Positions 39,166-52,200 of a DNA stretch of 64,000 nt are shown here, piece by piece. Every line of letters starts with the position of its first letter. Position 1 is the stretch's first letter. The translations under genes were made by a program, and so were the position numbers. Source of the DNA: Hydrolagus affinis (lineage: Eukaryota); contig JAAILG010000113.1 of the NCBI GenBank assembly GCA_012026655.1, positions 62,001 through 126,000 on the forward strand, written 5' to 3'. The notes under the pieces were generated by a model, which saw only the letters and a list, made by a program, of their open reading frames with translations, made no database searches and was not told the origin of the DNA.

Positions 39166-42100
39166 ATTTCTAGATGGATCATTTGGATTTCCTGGTATCA
39201 GTGTGACCAGATCTGGTGTTGAACAGAATTCAATACACACAAATCTTTTATAAATACATTTTTAGCTTCACTAGCCTATGACAATTTGTTACGAGATATC
39301 TTGGATTAAAATTCTGGGCAATTGTATTTCTAAAAAACTAACCTATTTAAGAAGAGAATTTGTCCCATCCACTCTTAGATTCAGGTTTTAGCTTATTGAT
39401 CAAAATTGTCTCACTTTTAAGTTTTACCTGCTATTGAGACTGAAACCAGAGTTTAAACAAAATTTTAAACAAAATCCTCAATGTTTTTATCTGAATGTTG
39501 AAATCGTAAGGGAGTGAGTTGTGAGAAAACTTGAAACATTATCATGCTGACCACTTTAGGGTTACATTACACAGTAAACCCAAAGAGAAACAGAAAAGGC
39601 AGAACAAGATTCAATATTTAAAACCAGAAGCACTCATGGGAAAGAACTCGGAGAGACATAGCCTCCTCAACATGAATTATTAGCCGGTTCTCACAAACAT
39701 CAAGCTTGCAACCTGGCAAAAAATGTAAATAAGGGATCTGCCGGGTTTGAAATATCACATTTGTTCCTTAAAATAGCTGGTGTTGAATCAACACAATTAG
39801 CACAACCTTATGTAAATGCTCTAGGTATAATATATACAGCTAATTTCTTGTAAATATTCTTAACAGTGTGTTTCAGGTGAACATTACTGTTCAGATGCTC
39901 GCAGATGGCCCTACCTGCTTGTTCCTCTGTGACGAGCTAAAATCTGTTTGTAACAATGTAAACTATTAGCTCAACCTTTCATATAGTGCAGCTGCCTTTT
40001 TGTTGACAGGAGGCAGTTGGCAGCTCTGGCTCCTGGACATAGCATCGGCTCATGTCCATTAGGTCAGATGTGGATTAAAAAGGATTAAAAAGGACAAACA
40101 AACCCTTATAACAACATAATCTTAACAATCATGTAGCCTGCAACTCTTTTATACGATCAATTCCCTGTATCAGTGGGGAGCGTTTCTAAAAATTTACTTA
40201 ATTTATGTAGCATTTTAGAGCGTTTAGAATTTAACAATTTCTTGAACATAGTCTTAACTTTGAAATCGTTTCTCTGTAGTTCCTAAAATGATTGAATGAA
40301 AATCAATTCCACAATCCTTTGCCGTTCACTCAAGAGGATCCTCTTTACGTGTGAATGCAGACTGAGTATTGGGGCTCAGAGTTAGGGTTATCACACTTAA
40401 TGCTGAGTTAGGGTTATCACACCCTTTCCTCACTTAACAGCCACATTCATGCGTACTTTCCGGTAGAGGGACGGGTGTGGGAGATTGGGTGGGTGGTGGG
40501 AGAGGGGTGGGGCGCGGTCATGGTGGACAGGGAGCAGCAGAGTGACAGGGAAACCCTGGCTGACTGTTTCATTCCCAATTCTGTGGCACTGAAGCCAAGC
40601 ACAAGGCCTAACTGAACATAGTAAAGTCAGAAAATGCAACCTGGGAACTTCCAAGTCCATATGGCTCAGATGCTCACAGGGCCATGGTCTTACAAGCCAT
40701 CAGGAGCATCCGGACAGCATTATTCACCTGAAAGTTAGTGGCTAAAGGAACATGCTATTTGTTTGGATTTTAGGACAAGGACACTATTATAAGGCACTAT
40801 TAGGATAATAGGGATACATGTTATTCAGTAATAACCTGTTTGTTGTGTTGAGAAGCATAGAGTTTGAAATGGCAATCAATAATAAAATAATCTTTCTATT
40901 TGATACAACGATTACAACATATTTATTTGGAAACCTGGCAGCCGATTTATGCACAGCAATGTCCCACAAATAGCAATAAGGTGTAGAAGAAGATCATGAA
41001 TAGATGGAAGAAGAACAGTTTCAGTCAGTTTGCTGCTCACCCTTTCGAACAAATCACCCATCCATATTTTTTCACTTCCCCTTTCATATTGTCTCCATTA
41101 AAAGAGAACAAATGAAAATTTCTTCCTCACTTGGATATTTTCATTACCTTATTTAGTGGGCTATTTCCATGGTTATTTGATATCTGTCTGTGTGTGTATC
41201 CCAATAAGTTGAATGGATACATACACAATAACCTTTTTGCTTAAGAGTTAAATTACACAGACTTGAGTGTTTTCGATTTAGCTTTATCAATATAAGGTGT
41301 TGCTCTATGTCAAACGGTTACATGTAAACTATAATCCCGTTCCATCTTCAACAAATGTTTACAGTGTTGTACATCCCGCTATCTATTTGAAATTCAGGTT
41401 CTAACATGTATCCACTTTATCCAACTCTTCAAACACCACTTTTACACCTCCATTTAGCTTTGTAGATTAAGAAGCTCATTTCTGTGAGATGTTAACAGCT
41501 TTCAGATAGACTGCAACTCGTTTGATCTTTTGAAAACATTTGTTTTGTCAGTACTGGTTGCCTAAACGTCTTCTAACTGTTGCAATATTTTGTTCTTGGA
41601 GGTTTGTACTGACGTATTAGTGCCTGAGATCTCATCTCATAGAACCAGCAGCACAATTGTTAATTGAGCAACAGCTGCCTGATCTGTCTGACCAATTTCT
41701 CTCTTCAGAAAGAGCTTGCCACTCACTGTCTACTACAAGGGGCAATGTTGGAAGAGGGAAGATGTAACGAGACAGTTACATTTTAATTACTTTACCAAAA
41801 GAACAGTGAATGGGTTCAATATCTATCCAAAGATGTGTGGAGGCAGATTGTGCCAGATAATTCAGGAGATTAGGAATCCAAGGACATTTTTCAAAGAAAT
41901 TGATTGAGAGATATTGAGAGGTGCAGCAATGTATTAGTTACTTTGTAATCAGAGCTTTGGACTACAAAAAGCTTTTCCCTATTCCTGCAGATTCGTCTCA
42001 ACAATAAGATAGATTTACCCGCTTTCGGTTATTTGGGAAAAACTGAGATAGTAACGAAAACACACAGTCACTCCACTTTACAGTATATCCTGTGAAATGC

Positions 42101-42594
42101 TTTGGGACACCTCAATGACATGATAAGATGCTATAACAAATGCAAGGACTGTTATTAATATAACAGCATTTATAAAGAACAACTGCAACAAAGTTATATT
42201 TGTATAGACCCTTTCATGTCGGGATAAACCCGAATAACATTTGAAAGACTAATGTTGGGATAGTCAGCAAATTGTGGGGACATTGCACAGGACATATTAG
42301 ATGTATAGCATTAATATCACGCAGATTGAGGCCAAGACATATCTACCATTGAGACATTTCATTTGATTTTCTTTGTATCTTTGACTTTCTTTGTAACAAG
42401 AAAGCAACGTGCATCAATTTTGAAATTAACTCAACCCATCTGTAAAACACAGTTTGTAAAGTTCCCGTCGTGTCAATACCAGGTGGTGTTTGCGTCTCAT
42501 CTGCAACTGGGTTTGGAAGTTCAGCTTCTTGCTTATCCTTGAAAAGCTCTTCACTCTGACATTCTCTGCATCAATTCACAGATGCCTTCTGAGA

Positions 42595-42746
42595 TCATAG
42601 AATCAGAGAATTTTTCAGCACAAAAGGAGGCCATTCGGCCCATCGAGTCTGTGCCGGCTCTTTGAATAGAGCTATTCAAAGTCAATCCCACTCCCTGGCT
42701 CTCCCCCCATAACCACGCAAACCACGGCCTCCCCAAATAACTATCC
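42595..42746 (-). mobile_element. CR1 LINE extreme 3' end
   Basis: aggaggccattcggcccatcgagtctgtgccggctctttg is the reverse complement of the 3' UTR seen at ~1085-1135 and ~36075-36130. Confidence 0.88.
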
Positions 42747-42893
42747 AGAGATTCAACAACAACTTGCATTGATATAGCGCCCTTCACATGGGGTAGCTTC
42801 CCAGTGCGCTTAAGTTCACTGGAACTGTACCTTGTGTGTGGGGTGCTTTATAAATGCAATTTGTGGTTGTTGTGATTGAGTGGTTGCAAATTA

Positions 42894-43603
42894 CAGTAGA
42901 AGCCCGTTTATCCGGCACTCGCGGGACCTGGCTAATGCCGGCTAAAGCGCCTGCTGGATACTCGGGCGGTCTGCAGTCGAAAACCCACCACAAAAAAATT
43001 AAAGTTCTTTTAACACACACCATACCCACCAGACTAAGTAATGGCAGATAGTGACAGAGTATTGGGTTGGTGCTTGTTGTTGGGGCTGCTCTCTTGCGCT
43101 TCTCACCTTTGTTGGTTGGGGTTTGCAGTCCAGTGATTCTTTTCTGAATTGGAGGGCGCAAGGCGGGTGAAAGAAGTGGCAGCGCGATTTCAAAGTCTCG
43201 CAACTTTACTAGCTGCAAGCCAAAGCCCTAGACTCTACTAGCGGCAAACCAAAATACTGCACCTGCGTGACAATGTGGGTTATTGGCTAGCGTTATCGGC
43301 TTGCCGCTAGTATGACTTTGAAGTCCGTTTTTTTCGCCCGCTTGGCGTGCTCCATTTTGGGAGGGGTCACTGGACTGTAAACCTCAACTGCAGCAACATG
43401 GCTTCAAGCGCAGCATCTACCAGCGGGGGTGGGGGGTGCAGGAGAATAGTTTTGATGGTGAGTGCCAATGCAATATTCTGTTATTATGTTATTATTTATG
43501 GATTTACAAATGCTCCATTGCTATTGTTCCGGGTGAGTTCCAGTTTATCGAATGGGGACTTTTTTTTTGGCATGTCGAGTCACGGAAAAACGGGCTTCTA
43601 CTG
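42894..43603. mobile_element. 710-bp non-autonomous Tc1/mariner (pogo/Tigger-like) DNA transposon (MITE)
   Basis: TIRs CAGTAGAAGCCCGTTTATCCG (42894-42914) and CGGAAAAACGGGCTTCTACTG (43583-43603) are complementary at 20/21 positions. TA on both flanks; CpG-rich interior. Confidence 0.9.
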
Positions 43604-43975
43604 TACTTGCTTTTCTCTCTTGGATATTCTGGTGCTGACCTTATTTAGCTTGAACATCTTTGTTGCTTCTCTGTTTATATGCTGCGGGCAAAGGAAGCTG
43701 CAGCTTGTTTTGTGCCTCAGCTCATTGCTCTGCCCACTCATTCATGCTCATTCAGTGCATCTTTCTAAACACATCTTTCTCTTTTTAAAAGTAGCTATTT
43801 ACTGTTTAGATTTACAGTAAATAGCTACTTTTGACAATAATGAGTAGCATTCCCATTAGCAATTTAGCTTACGGTTATTTTTCTTATCATAATAATCAAT
43901 CAATTTTTTTAATCAATGTCTTCCTGGGTTTGTTTTTACAAGATATGGTCATTCTACCAAAAATGTGCGCACATA

Positions 43976-44283
43976 TAATAATAATCCGTGCATTTGAAAT
44001 TTCACGTTTCACATCTTCTAGATGTCTCAAAGCACGTCACAGAATATACTGTAAAGTGATTTGACTGTATATTTGTGGGCGAAATGCGGCAGCCAATTGC
44101 GCACAGCAGCGTCCCACAAACACTTGTGGATTGAAATGACTGATGATTTTTTTTTGAGGGATTATTATTACAGTATTAGGCGTTTGGAGGAAGGAAACTT
44201 GTGTAAGGTTTCACCATGCCGGTAAATGAACCAAGGTTTCTCGCTTGTAAGGCAAGTGCTCTAACCACTGAGCTATAGGACTC
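43976..44283 (-). mobile_element. Full-length tRNA-derived SINE, same family
   Basis: Tail, body and head all present (gtgctctaaccactgagctataggactc). Confidence 0.9.
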
Positions 44284-47200
44284 TATGAGTCATTACCATA
44301 AGAACATAACATGCTACACGAAATAAACACTGAGGTCCATCTAATTTACTGTCCCCCATCCTGGCGGTCTCATGCACTTATATTTCCAAACTACCTAGTA
44401 TGTACTATATCCCATAATACAATTAAAAAAATCTATTTATTTTAATATTTTTTAAAAAAGTAAAATGTCTTTTGCATCGGAAGAACGCCCTAAGGCACTG
44501 ATAATGTTATTTCCTAAAATAAAACTATCTCATCTGCGTTTGACGAAATCAACATTTACTGCTTCAACTGTTTCCCTAGAAAGCCTTTTCTACAAGTTTA
44601 CTGTTCGCTCGCTGAAATAGTGTCTCTGTGAATCCGTAGATCCAATCTCTGAATTTACACCATGTCCTTGGATTTTCCTATTCTGGACAAGTTGAAACAG
44701 CTGATCTACGTTTAGAATCTTAACGACATTAATCATATCCCCTTCATATCACCAAATTTATTCATTTCCTATTCTAAAGATGTCTTGACTGCTTTATTCT
44801 AATACAGTCAGGTGGGGGCAGTGTCCAAGAACAGGAACCCTGGCTGATTGCCCCTTTCCAGTCTATGCATGTTGGCCCTACTGCAAACCAAACTGCTACC
44901 CTATTTACTTCTTCCCTGTCTACTACACTGCCAAGTGTTCTAATATCAAAAGGTGGGTCGGGGTTTTGCAGCTACTAATTCATGCATTTTATTCTGTCCC
45001 CTTGTGAATTACTTCCTCATCAAATTGTTTACTTTATTTTACTCTTTACATCAGATTTAACGTCCTATTAAATCTCATACTCTCTGTTAAAGAGCTCCAC
45101 CCTGGTTATTAATTGTACATGACAGTATTTTCTCTCAGCTCCCTCCTCTCTACACACATTATCTGGCCAATACATGCCAGTTAAGGGTCCCATTGGAAAC
45201 CTTCACTGATTTTGTTCTGAAATTGATTGAGTGGCATTTATTAATGAATTTGTTAATTAAAAAATGTTGTCTTGTGGGAACACTCATTTAATTGATCTTT
45301 TGCAGAAGGATTCCCTTGAACTGAAAATAAATTTACTTCTGTTTGTTTCCCCTCCACCTCCCACACTCACCCATATGCCCTTTTGTGTAAAGAAATTTGG
45401 AAAAATTGACCTCATTGTGAAATATAATTGTTTTGTGCATATTTCAAGCAGAAAAGGAGCATTTTATTGCTGCTCATCCAAACTTTTTTTTTTAATGGAT
45501 TTCTAGGGCAATATTTTGAAGGAGTGGATAATATTCATTCACTGTGCCTCAAAGCAATAAGTCTGTTTGCGTATCTACTTACTCGATTGCATTTGGTCTC
45601 CTTACTGCAATTGCATGCATGTCACTCTGGCTTGTTTGATACTAATAAACCTGAGTAAAGGGCTGAGTACCCCAGGCCTCAGCATATTAGGTCAGGAGAA
45701 GATGAGTTAGGCAAGTTGTGATTAAGGTGACAGCGACTTTGGGTTTTAAAAACCTGCAGAGTTGATACGGACAACTGAGGAGGCTCACAGTGTTGAAATT
45801 GTGGGACAGAATGAATTAGAGAAGGAAATGGAGGGGGCTTGATTGCAACACAACAATAGAGGCTAAATATTGGTGTTTCTTACACAGAATTCCTTAATAA
45901 CATGTCCTAAATGAAAACTCATTTCAATAAATTAAATTTTACTTCCAGCAAGCTGGAAGTGGATCCAATTGGAGTATTGTTCCTGTGGTACAAGATAATT
46001 TGCCTTCTATTTATTGGACACATTTCCATTTGCCACTTGCAAACACCAGAAATTAGTTTTCCCTGAGAATTCAGGGAGGAGGACTTACTTTGCCCATCCT
46101 GCTAATCAGTTCATGGTATTCAATATTATCTGTGTAAAGTAATACTTTCTGGAGTCTAACAAAAACGTGCCTTCATACCCCCAAAAGTGTGCAATTTCGA
46201 TAACCATTTGCCTGTTCAGGTAGACGTTAAAGATTCACTATTCAAAATAGAAAGGAGTTTCTCCTGGTCTCCTTGCCATCAAGTATCCAAAATACAATTG
46301 TTCACTCACTCCATGACTGTTTGTGGGACCTGACTGTGCACAAACTTGCTGCCATGTTTCATCCACAAAATACAGTCAATCCTGTTTATAGTGCATTGCT
46401 ATTAAATGCTTTGAGACATACATCTCAATGTGTTAAGGCACCATATCAAACGCAAGGACACTTCTTATTAACACAGTACTGTATTATGAAATTCTCAATG
46501 GAAGAGTGAGAGAGGGCAATTGGCTTAGCACCTCAGTTGATCCAAAGGACACCACCTCCAACAATGTGGTACACCCCTAGCATTGCTTTAGAGTTTCATT
46601 CTAGACTATATGTGTTCAAATGATTAATGTGGGGCTTGAAACTACAATCTTCTCACTAAGAGGCAAGAGTGCTTCCAACTGAGCCAGGCTGAAATCTACT
46701 ATGCCCCTATGTTATATACTCCGTCAATGTGTACCTTCAATATGTAAAGCTCACACTTGGCCTGAGTACCAAGGGTATCTGGTAATTCCCAATAAAACAA
46801 AGGTCAAACATCTTCAGGAGAGAAGGAGGGAAGGAAACTGGAGGAAATACATTGGTGGCAAAATAACTTGTTTTTAAGTGTACAATGTGAACATGATTTG
46901 AAGCAGCTGGGAATCATGTGGGGCCGTTCAGAGTTGAGTAAAAACGAAGTGTCGCTTCTCTGATTTAACATTAACATTCAGTAGCAGACCAGAAAGGAGA
47001 TGCAATGTGACAGTCAAAACCTATTCATCTGCATCAATGCAACATGCATTTACATTGTAAAATGAGATACAAGGAAATCCCTAGAGGAATCAAGCTGTAA
47101 ATATAACAAGTAAATATGGAATTTGAAAAGAATGCTCAGCCCATAGACCATTCCATGCTCCACAAGCAGTTAACTACATTCCACCCAATCTGGCCAAAGT

Positions 47201-48366
47201 TTCTTCCTCTTATCCAAAAGGCAAATATATTAAACTCTAGGACATCTACCCAATATTGTATTCCACATTATAGATCCAATCGCCTACTATGGGATACAAT
47301 AGTGATAGCATCATGTTGGCAGCTGGAGCCAATTATCTGCATTAATACTAATAATAATCCTTGTTTTTGATATATAGCCTTATCTTGTCTGCGAGACGTC
47401 TCAAAGCGCTTCACAAAATATACTGTAAAGTGCATGGATTGCATATTTTGCAAGCAAAATGAGGCAGCCAGTTGCACACAGTAGTGCCCTACCAAGAGTC
47501 ATATCTATCCTAAAAGCCTTCAAACTCCAATCAAATTCCCACCCAGATTTACAATACAATCCAAAAATGGTTTTAATGAAAAAAATGAACACTCCAAGTA
47601 AACTTGTATTTTTGCTTAACACTTCAATGTATTGCTTGTTTTCTGGTGATATTTTAGACCTGATTGGGGCAATGCATTATTCTACAAGCTTGTCTTGCAA
47701 TATGTCAATAAGGCACAATAGAATGCTTTTATTCCTTCCCAACCTCTTCAGGTAATGATATTCAAACAGAAGAATGGAAGGCATTAGAAAGGAAATCTAG
47801 AAAATGTTGACAGACCATGTCAAAGCCACATGTATTTGTTCGCTTCCAGTGATGCAGTTAGTGACATTTCACAGCATGTAACAATGGGAATTCAACTACG
47901 TAAATTGAATATGACAAAGAATGTGAAGGAATCCCCAATCAGATGTTCTCAGCATACTGAAATGGATTGAAAGATCTCTCATGATTCAATAAGAATGAAA
48001 CAAACTCAATGGGCGAGTTCCTGTTCCTAAACTGTTTTCAAAAGCACACTTGTCATGGGCTTTGTCTACTTTTCCATTCTGATTTAAACTGACTCTGGAG
48101 CATGGTCTTAAATTCAGTCATAATGTGGAAGGTGTTTTTTCATGGAAACTGAATAGACCTCCAGCAAATTCAGTAGATTTTCTTTCTTCTTTTCAAATAG
48201 TACCTGTCACACCATGACAGGTGCTATTCTATCAATGTCATTTTATTGTTGTTGTTGTCATAGATCAAATAGCATGTGCACTGTTACTTCTAGGTTTTAA
48301 ACCTGTGTATATAAAAGGAAGCTGTTTTTGTGATTAAATTAATTCTATGGTACTTTTCTTTTTCAG

Positions 48367-48465
48367 AGTCACTTTGTAGCGTGTATGACAGCAATCCTGA
48401 ATCAGATGAATGATCAACATTACACTTACTACCTGGAAAGTTTCCAGACAAACTCAGACCTGGTT
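48367..48465 (+). CDS. DOCK2: DOCK2 internal exon, 99 nt: [33 protein letters not shown]
   Basis: Acceptor tttttctttttcAG, donor GTGAGT, phase 0/0. Peptide matches recalled DOCK2 [17 protein letters not shown]. Confidence 0.93.
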
Positions 48466-48759
48466 GTGAGTATAAGGCCTTTCTTTAGTTTCCATGTAAT
48501 GTTTGATGTTTCACCTTGGCTTTCCTCAGTTTATTTAAACTCCAATTTCTGGGTATTACACCTCTTAATTGGACATATCTTTCTCTCATATTTCTCCCTC
48601 CTATGAAGGCAAACTAACTCACCTTATCTTGCTACTCTGTGTTCAAAATACATTTGCTCATTAGTATAATATCTAGAAGGGACACAATAATTTTTTTTTG
48701 CCCAGAGAGTTGGAAGCAGATTCAATAGCAGTTTTCAAAACATGTATTATGTACTAGTT

Positions 48760-49420
48760 ATGGACTCCATAACCATTTGAAACAGTCTAATTCATGTTAA
48801 CCTTATCAAACAATTTTATTGTCAAACCTTTAAAGAAATTTTAAACTTCAATTTGGTCTCCCCTGAAACTAGTGAAAAAAGGCTTAACCTACTATCCTAA
48901 TAGCAATATCCAGCCCGCCCTGGTAACATTCTTATACCCATGATCTAGTTTTTCCATCACTGCTATATCCTTCACATAGGGTGGAAACAAAAATTGGACA
49001 TTTTACTCGAAATGTAGTCTAACCAAGGTCTTTGTTATAAATTCAGCATCATGCCTTCACTTTTATATTCAGGATATAATATAAAAAAAAGCTAGTTATT
49101 GGATATAAAGCCCAAGATCCCATTGGCTTTTTATATAGTCTACCTGTGTTGCTAATTTTACAGATTTGTGGATCTGAATCCCCAGATCTCTTTGCTCCTC
49201 TTAGATTTCTACTAGAGTATCGACAGCTTCTTTATTTTTCTTGCCTAAGAGAAATACTTTTAGTTTCTTACATAAAATTTTATTTGCCATCTATTTGCCC
49301 ATATTGGTAGACTGTTTATGACTTCCTGCATTCTTCTTTTACACCCTAAATTTGATGTCATTGGCATATTTTGACACTACACTTCCTATTCCTGAATCCA
49401 AATACATCATTTCAAGATTC
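48760..49420 (-). mobile_element. Degenerate CR1 ORF2 fragment
   Basis: caaaaattggacattttactcgaaatgtagtctaaccaaggtc is the reverse complement of the LVRLHFE.NVQF (LVRPHLEYCVQFW-like) segment. Confidence 0.7.
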
Positions 49421-51635
49421 AGTGAACATCCCTATCACAATAAAATTCCTTTTAATTTGTGTTCTTTGCTAAATGTGAATGCCATGCTATATTGGAGATT
49501 CAAGCCTGTACTAGTGTAAAATAGTAATGCTTGGTTTAGAAACTTAAAGAAAATAAATGGTTTACCAAGAAAAAATTATAAACACAATGTTCTTCAGCTG
49601 CCAGTGAAAGGATTGCAATTTCTGGATCATTGAAGTTTTCACTATACAAATACAAGCTTTTACAATAATTTGGTCCTCTTGTGAAACATAGCCAGTAAGT
49701 AACACAATCATGAATTAAACAGGGGCATTGAGCACATCTGTCCACTCAATTTTCTCATGTAATATTCTGTTAACGTAGCATTCAATGTCACAGCATAAAA
49801 CCAGGCCATTCAGCTCATCAAGTGTTCATAATCTATTATTACAAGCCTTCTGAAATTGCCTTTTGCAGCTCTCAACTTTTGCCCTCTTTTTCTGCTGTCT
49901 TGTTGCATCTAAAAGTAGCAACAACTTGAGGAATAGAAGGACTGAGAATGAGTGAAACATTTATACATCCATCTCTCTCTCCTCTTCTGTTGTTACTTTG
50001 CAATTCTCCAATCTTTGGTTTACACTTGCCACCTTCCAATCTCCTCAATGCACAATGGACTGGGTGCAGAACAGTCAAATCAGTAAAGTCATTACCATCA
50101 CTAAGCAACCACCTCCACTCCATTCCCCCCCTCTGTTGCGTAAGTGGTTGCAAGCTCAGGCCCTAGATCATTTAGACTTGATGAATCAGATCATAAATAC
50201 ATTTAGAAATTGAAGTTAATCTAAAAGTGATCAATGATTCTATCTGAGAATTCATTCACAATCACATTGCAGCTGCCAGCAGTTAACCTTTGCTCTGCCA
50301 GCACTTTCCACCAACATTAAAAAAAAATCTCTCCATGGTATGGTCGCACAAACTTCCCAGAGAGACACAATCATTGGTGGAGAATGTTGTAACCATGGGC
50401 TAAAGGAAATATTTTCCATCATTTGAATTTTTGCTTTAATATTTTAGTTTCCTTGTTAATTCTGTGCTCATCAAGTTGAAGGACGTTAAAGTCAGAACAT
50501 TCAGGATTTTCCCACTTTAAGCACCTGGTCTCAGCATCAAACTCTCCCAGTCAGTTTCTCGTTTGACTCACTAGTCAACTAACCGAATCAATGGCTCCCG
50601 CTTACCCGCTCACACTTGGTGCAAGCATTTCGCATCATCAATAGTACAAGCATATAAACCGGATGAAATGGTCAATTTTTCATCAAATGAATTTCCTAGG
50701 AGCCTGCCCCAAGCTCACTTTACACTGGATTTTCAGACCCTTACAAGAAATGAGACATAGTGCTATGTAAGCTCCAGGTTCAAGAGTGGAAGGCAACTCA
50801 AGTTTTACACAAAGCACAAGCAGATGGGAATTTATTTTGTTGATTGGAAGTCCATTTTTGGTTCAACAAATGAATAAATATGAAGTAAACTGAGCTATAA
50901 TAGTTCTCAATCCAAATACATGTAGCATGGATCGATGCATGGATTCTTCATGCCTGACAAAACTATATGTAATAATTCTTGCATTTGATATGGTCTTCTC
51001 AGGTCAAAATGCATTCAAAGTACTTCACAAGTCATTATTGTCAAATAATAATCCTTCCATTTGGTGAAGTGCTTTTCACATCAGGGCAATGTCTCAAAGT
51101 GCTTCTACTGGAACAAATTTATAGTTGATTGTGGTACCTAATTTGCTCACAGCAATGTCGCACAAACAGCAATGAATTGAATTACTCATTTTTTACTAAA
51201 TGTAGTGGCTGTGCTTTTCATGAATAAATGCAGCAGATATTTTGTGAGCAGCAAAGCCCAACAAGGTTAATGACCAATTTTATCTGAGGATTGTTAGCCT
51301 GGATCACAAGAGAAGCTCTTTTTTCTTTTTGACTCATGTCATGAGATCTTATAATCTACGTGAATTTATAGAACTCTCCACACAACCGTGCTTTCTGGAG
51401 GAGAGTTTGTCTGTGGCACTTAAAGACTAGTTAAAGAGAGGATACACTTCACCCCCGCATATTACTGTCCAAATAATAAGGTACAAAGTGAACATTGCCT
51501 TGGAATGCTTGGGGAGTTGTGCTCTATCCCCTGCTGGACCCTGTGTTTGCTTTTCACGAAGGTCACTGCTGTAGATGCTGGGTATCACACTGGTTTAGAG
51601 ATAAATTGGATGAAACAACAACAAAATTACACCTG

Positions 51636-51705
51636 TATATAATATATAATAATATATAAAATATATAATAATATATATAATATTATTATATATATATAAA
51701 ATAAT
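51636..51705 (+). repeat. AT-only low-complexity tract within an L2 tail
   Basis: tatataatatataataatatataaa.. Confidence 0.85.
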
Positions 51706-51850
51706 AGCGCTTTTCACATCAGGAGGACATCCCATTAAAGAATGTGACATGGATTGTACTTTGTGTTCATCTCTTTATTGATGGAATATTTTGGATCAAC
51801 CGCTCACATTGACAAGCATTGGAAATCAGAATCACCAAAGCACGGAATAT

Positions 51851-52200
51851 GGAGTCCTGTAGTTCAGTGGTTGTGGTGTCCTGTAGCAGTGGTTAAAGCA
51901 CTCACCTTGCAAGTGTGAGACCTGTGTTTGAATCCAGGCAGGTCAGGCCGAAACCTTGCGCAAGTTTCCTTACTCCACACGCCTAATAATAATCCCTCCA
52001 AAAAAAAAACACAATAATAAAATTGGTCATTTCAATTCACGACTGTTTGTGGGACACTGCTGTGCGCAATTGGCTGCTGCGTTTCGCCCACAAATATACA
52101 GTCAATTCACTTTACAGTATATTCTGTGAAGCGCTTTGAGACGACTAGAAGACAAAAAAAAGCACAATATCAAATGCAAGGATTCTTTTTGTTATTATTA
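51851..52200 (+). mobile_element. Full-length tRNA-derived SINE with duplicated A-box segment
   Basis: ggagtcctgtagttcagtggtt followed by gtcctgtagcagtggtt; then B box, body and tail. Confidence 0.9.

Noticed and set aside
40379-40422. Telomeric TTAGGG or CRISPR-like repeat
   Set aside because: Only two isolated hexamers within a small tandem duplication; no array, and the context is vertebrate.
40466-40516. G-quadruplex-capable tracts (also near 13630, 19925 and 36335)
   Set aside because: Such tracts are common in this sequence and nothing indicates function.
43347-43820. 157-aa hydrophobic ORF
   Set aside because: It crosses the MITE boundary, shows no transposase or other recognisable motif, and reflects T-rich composition.
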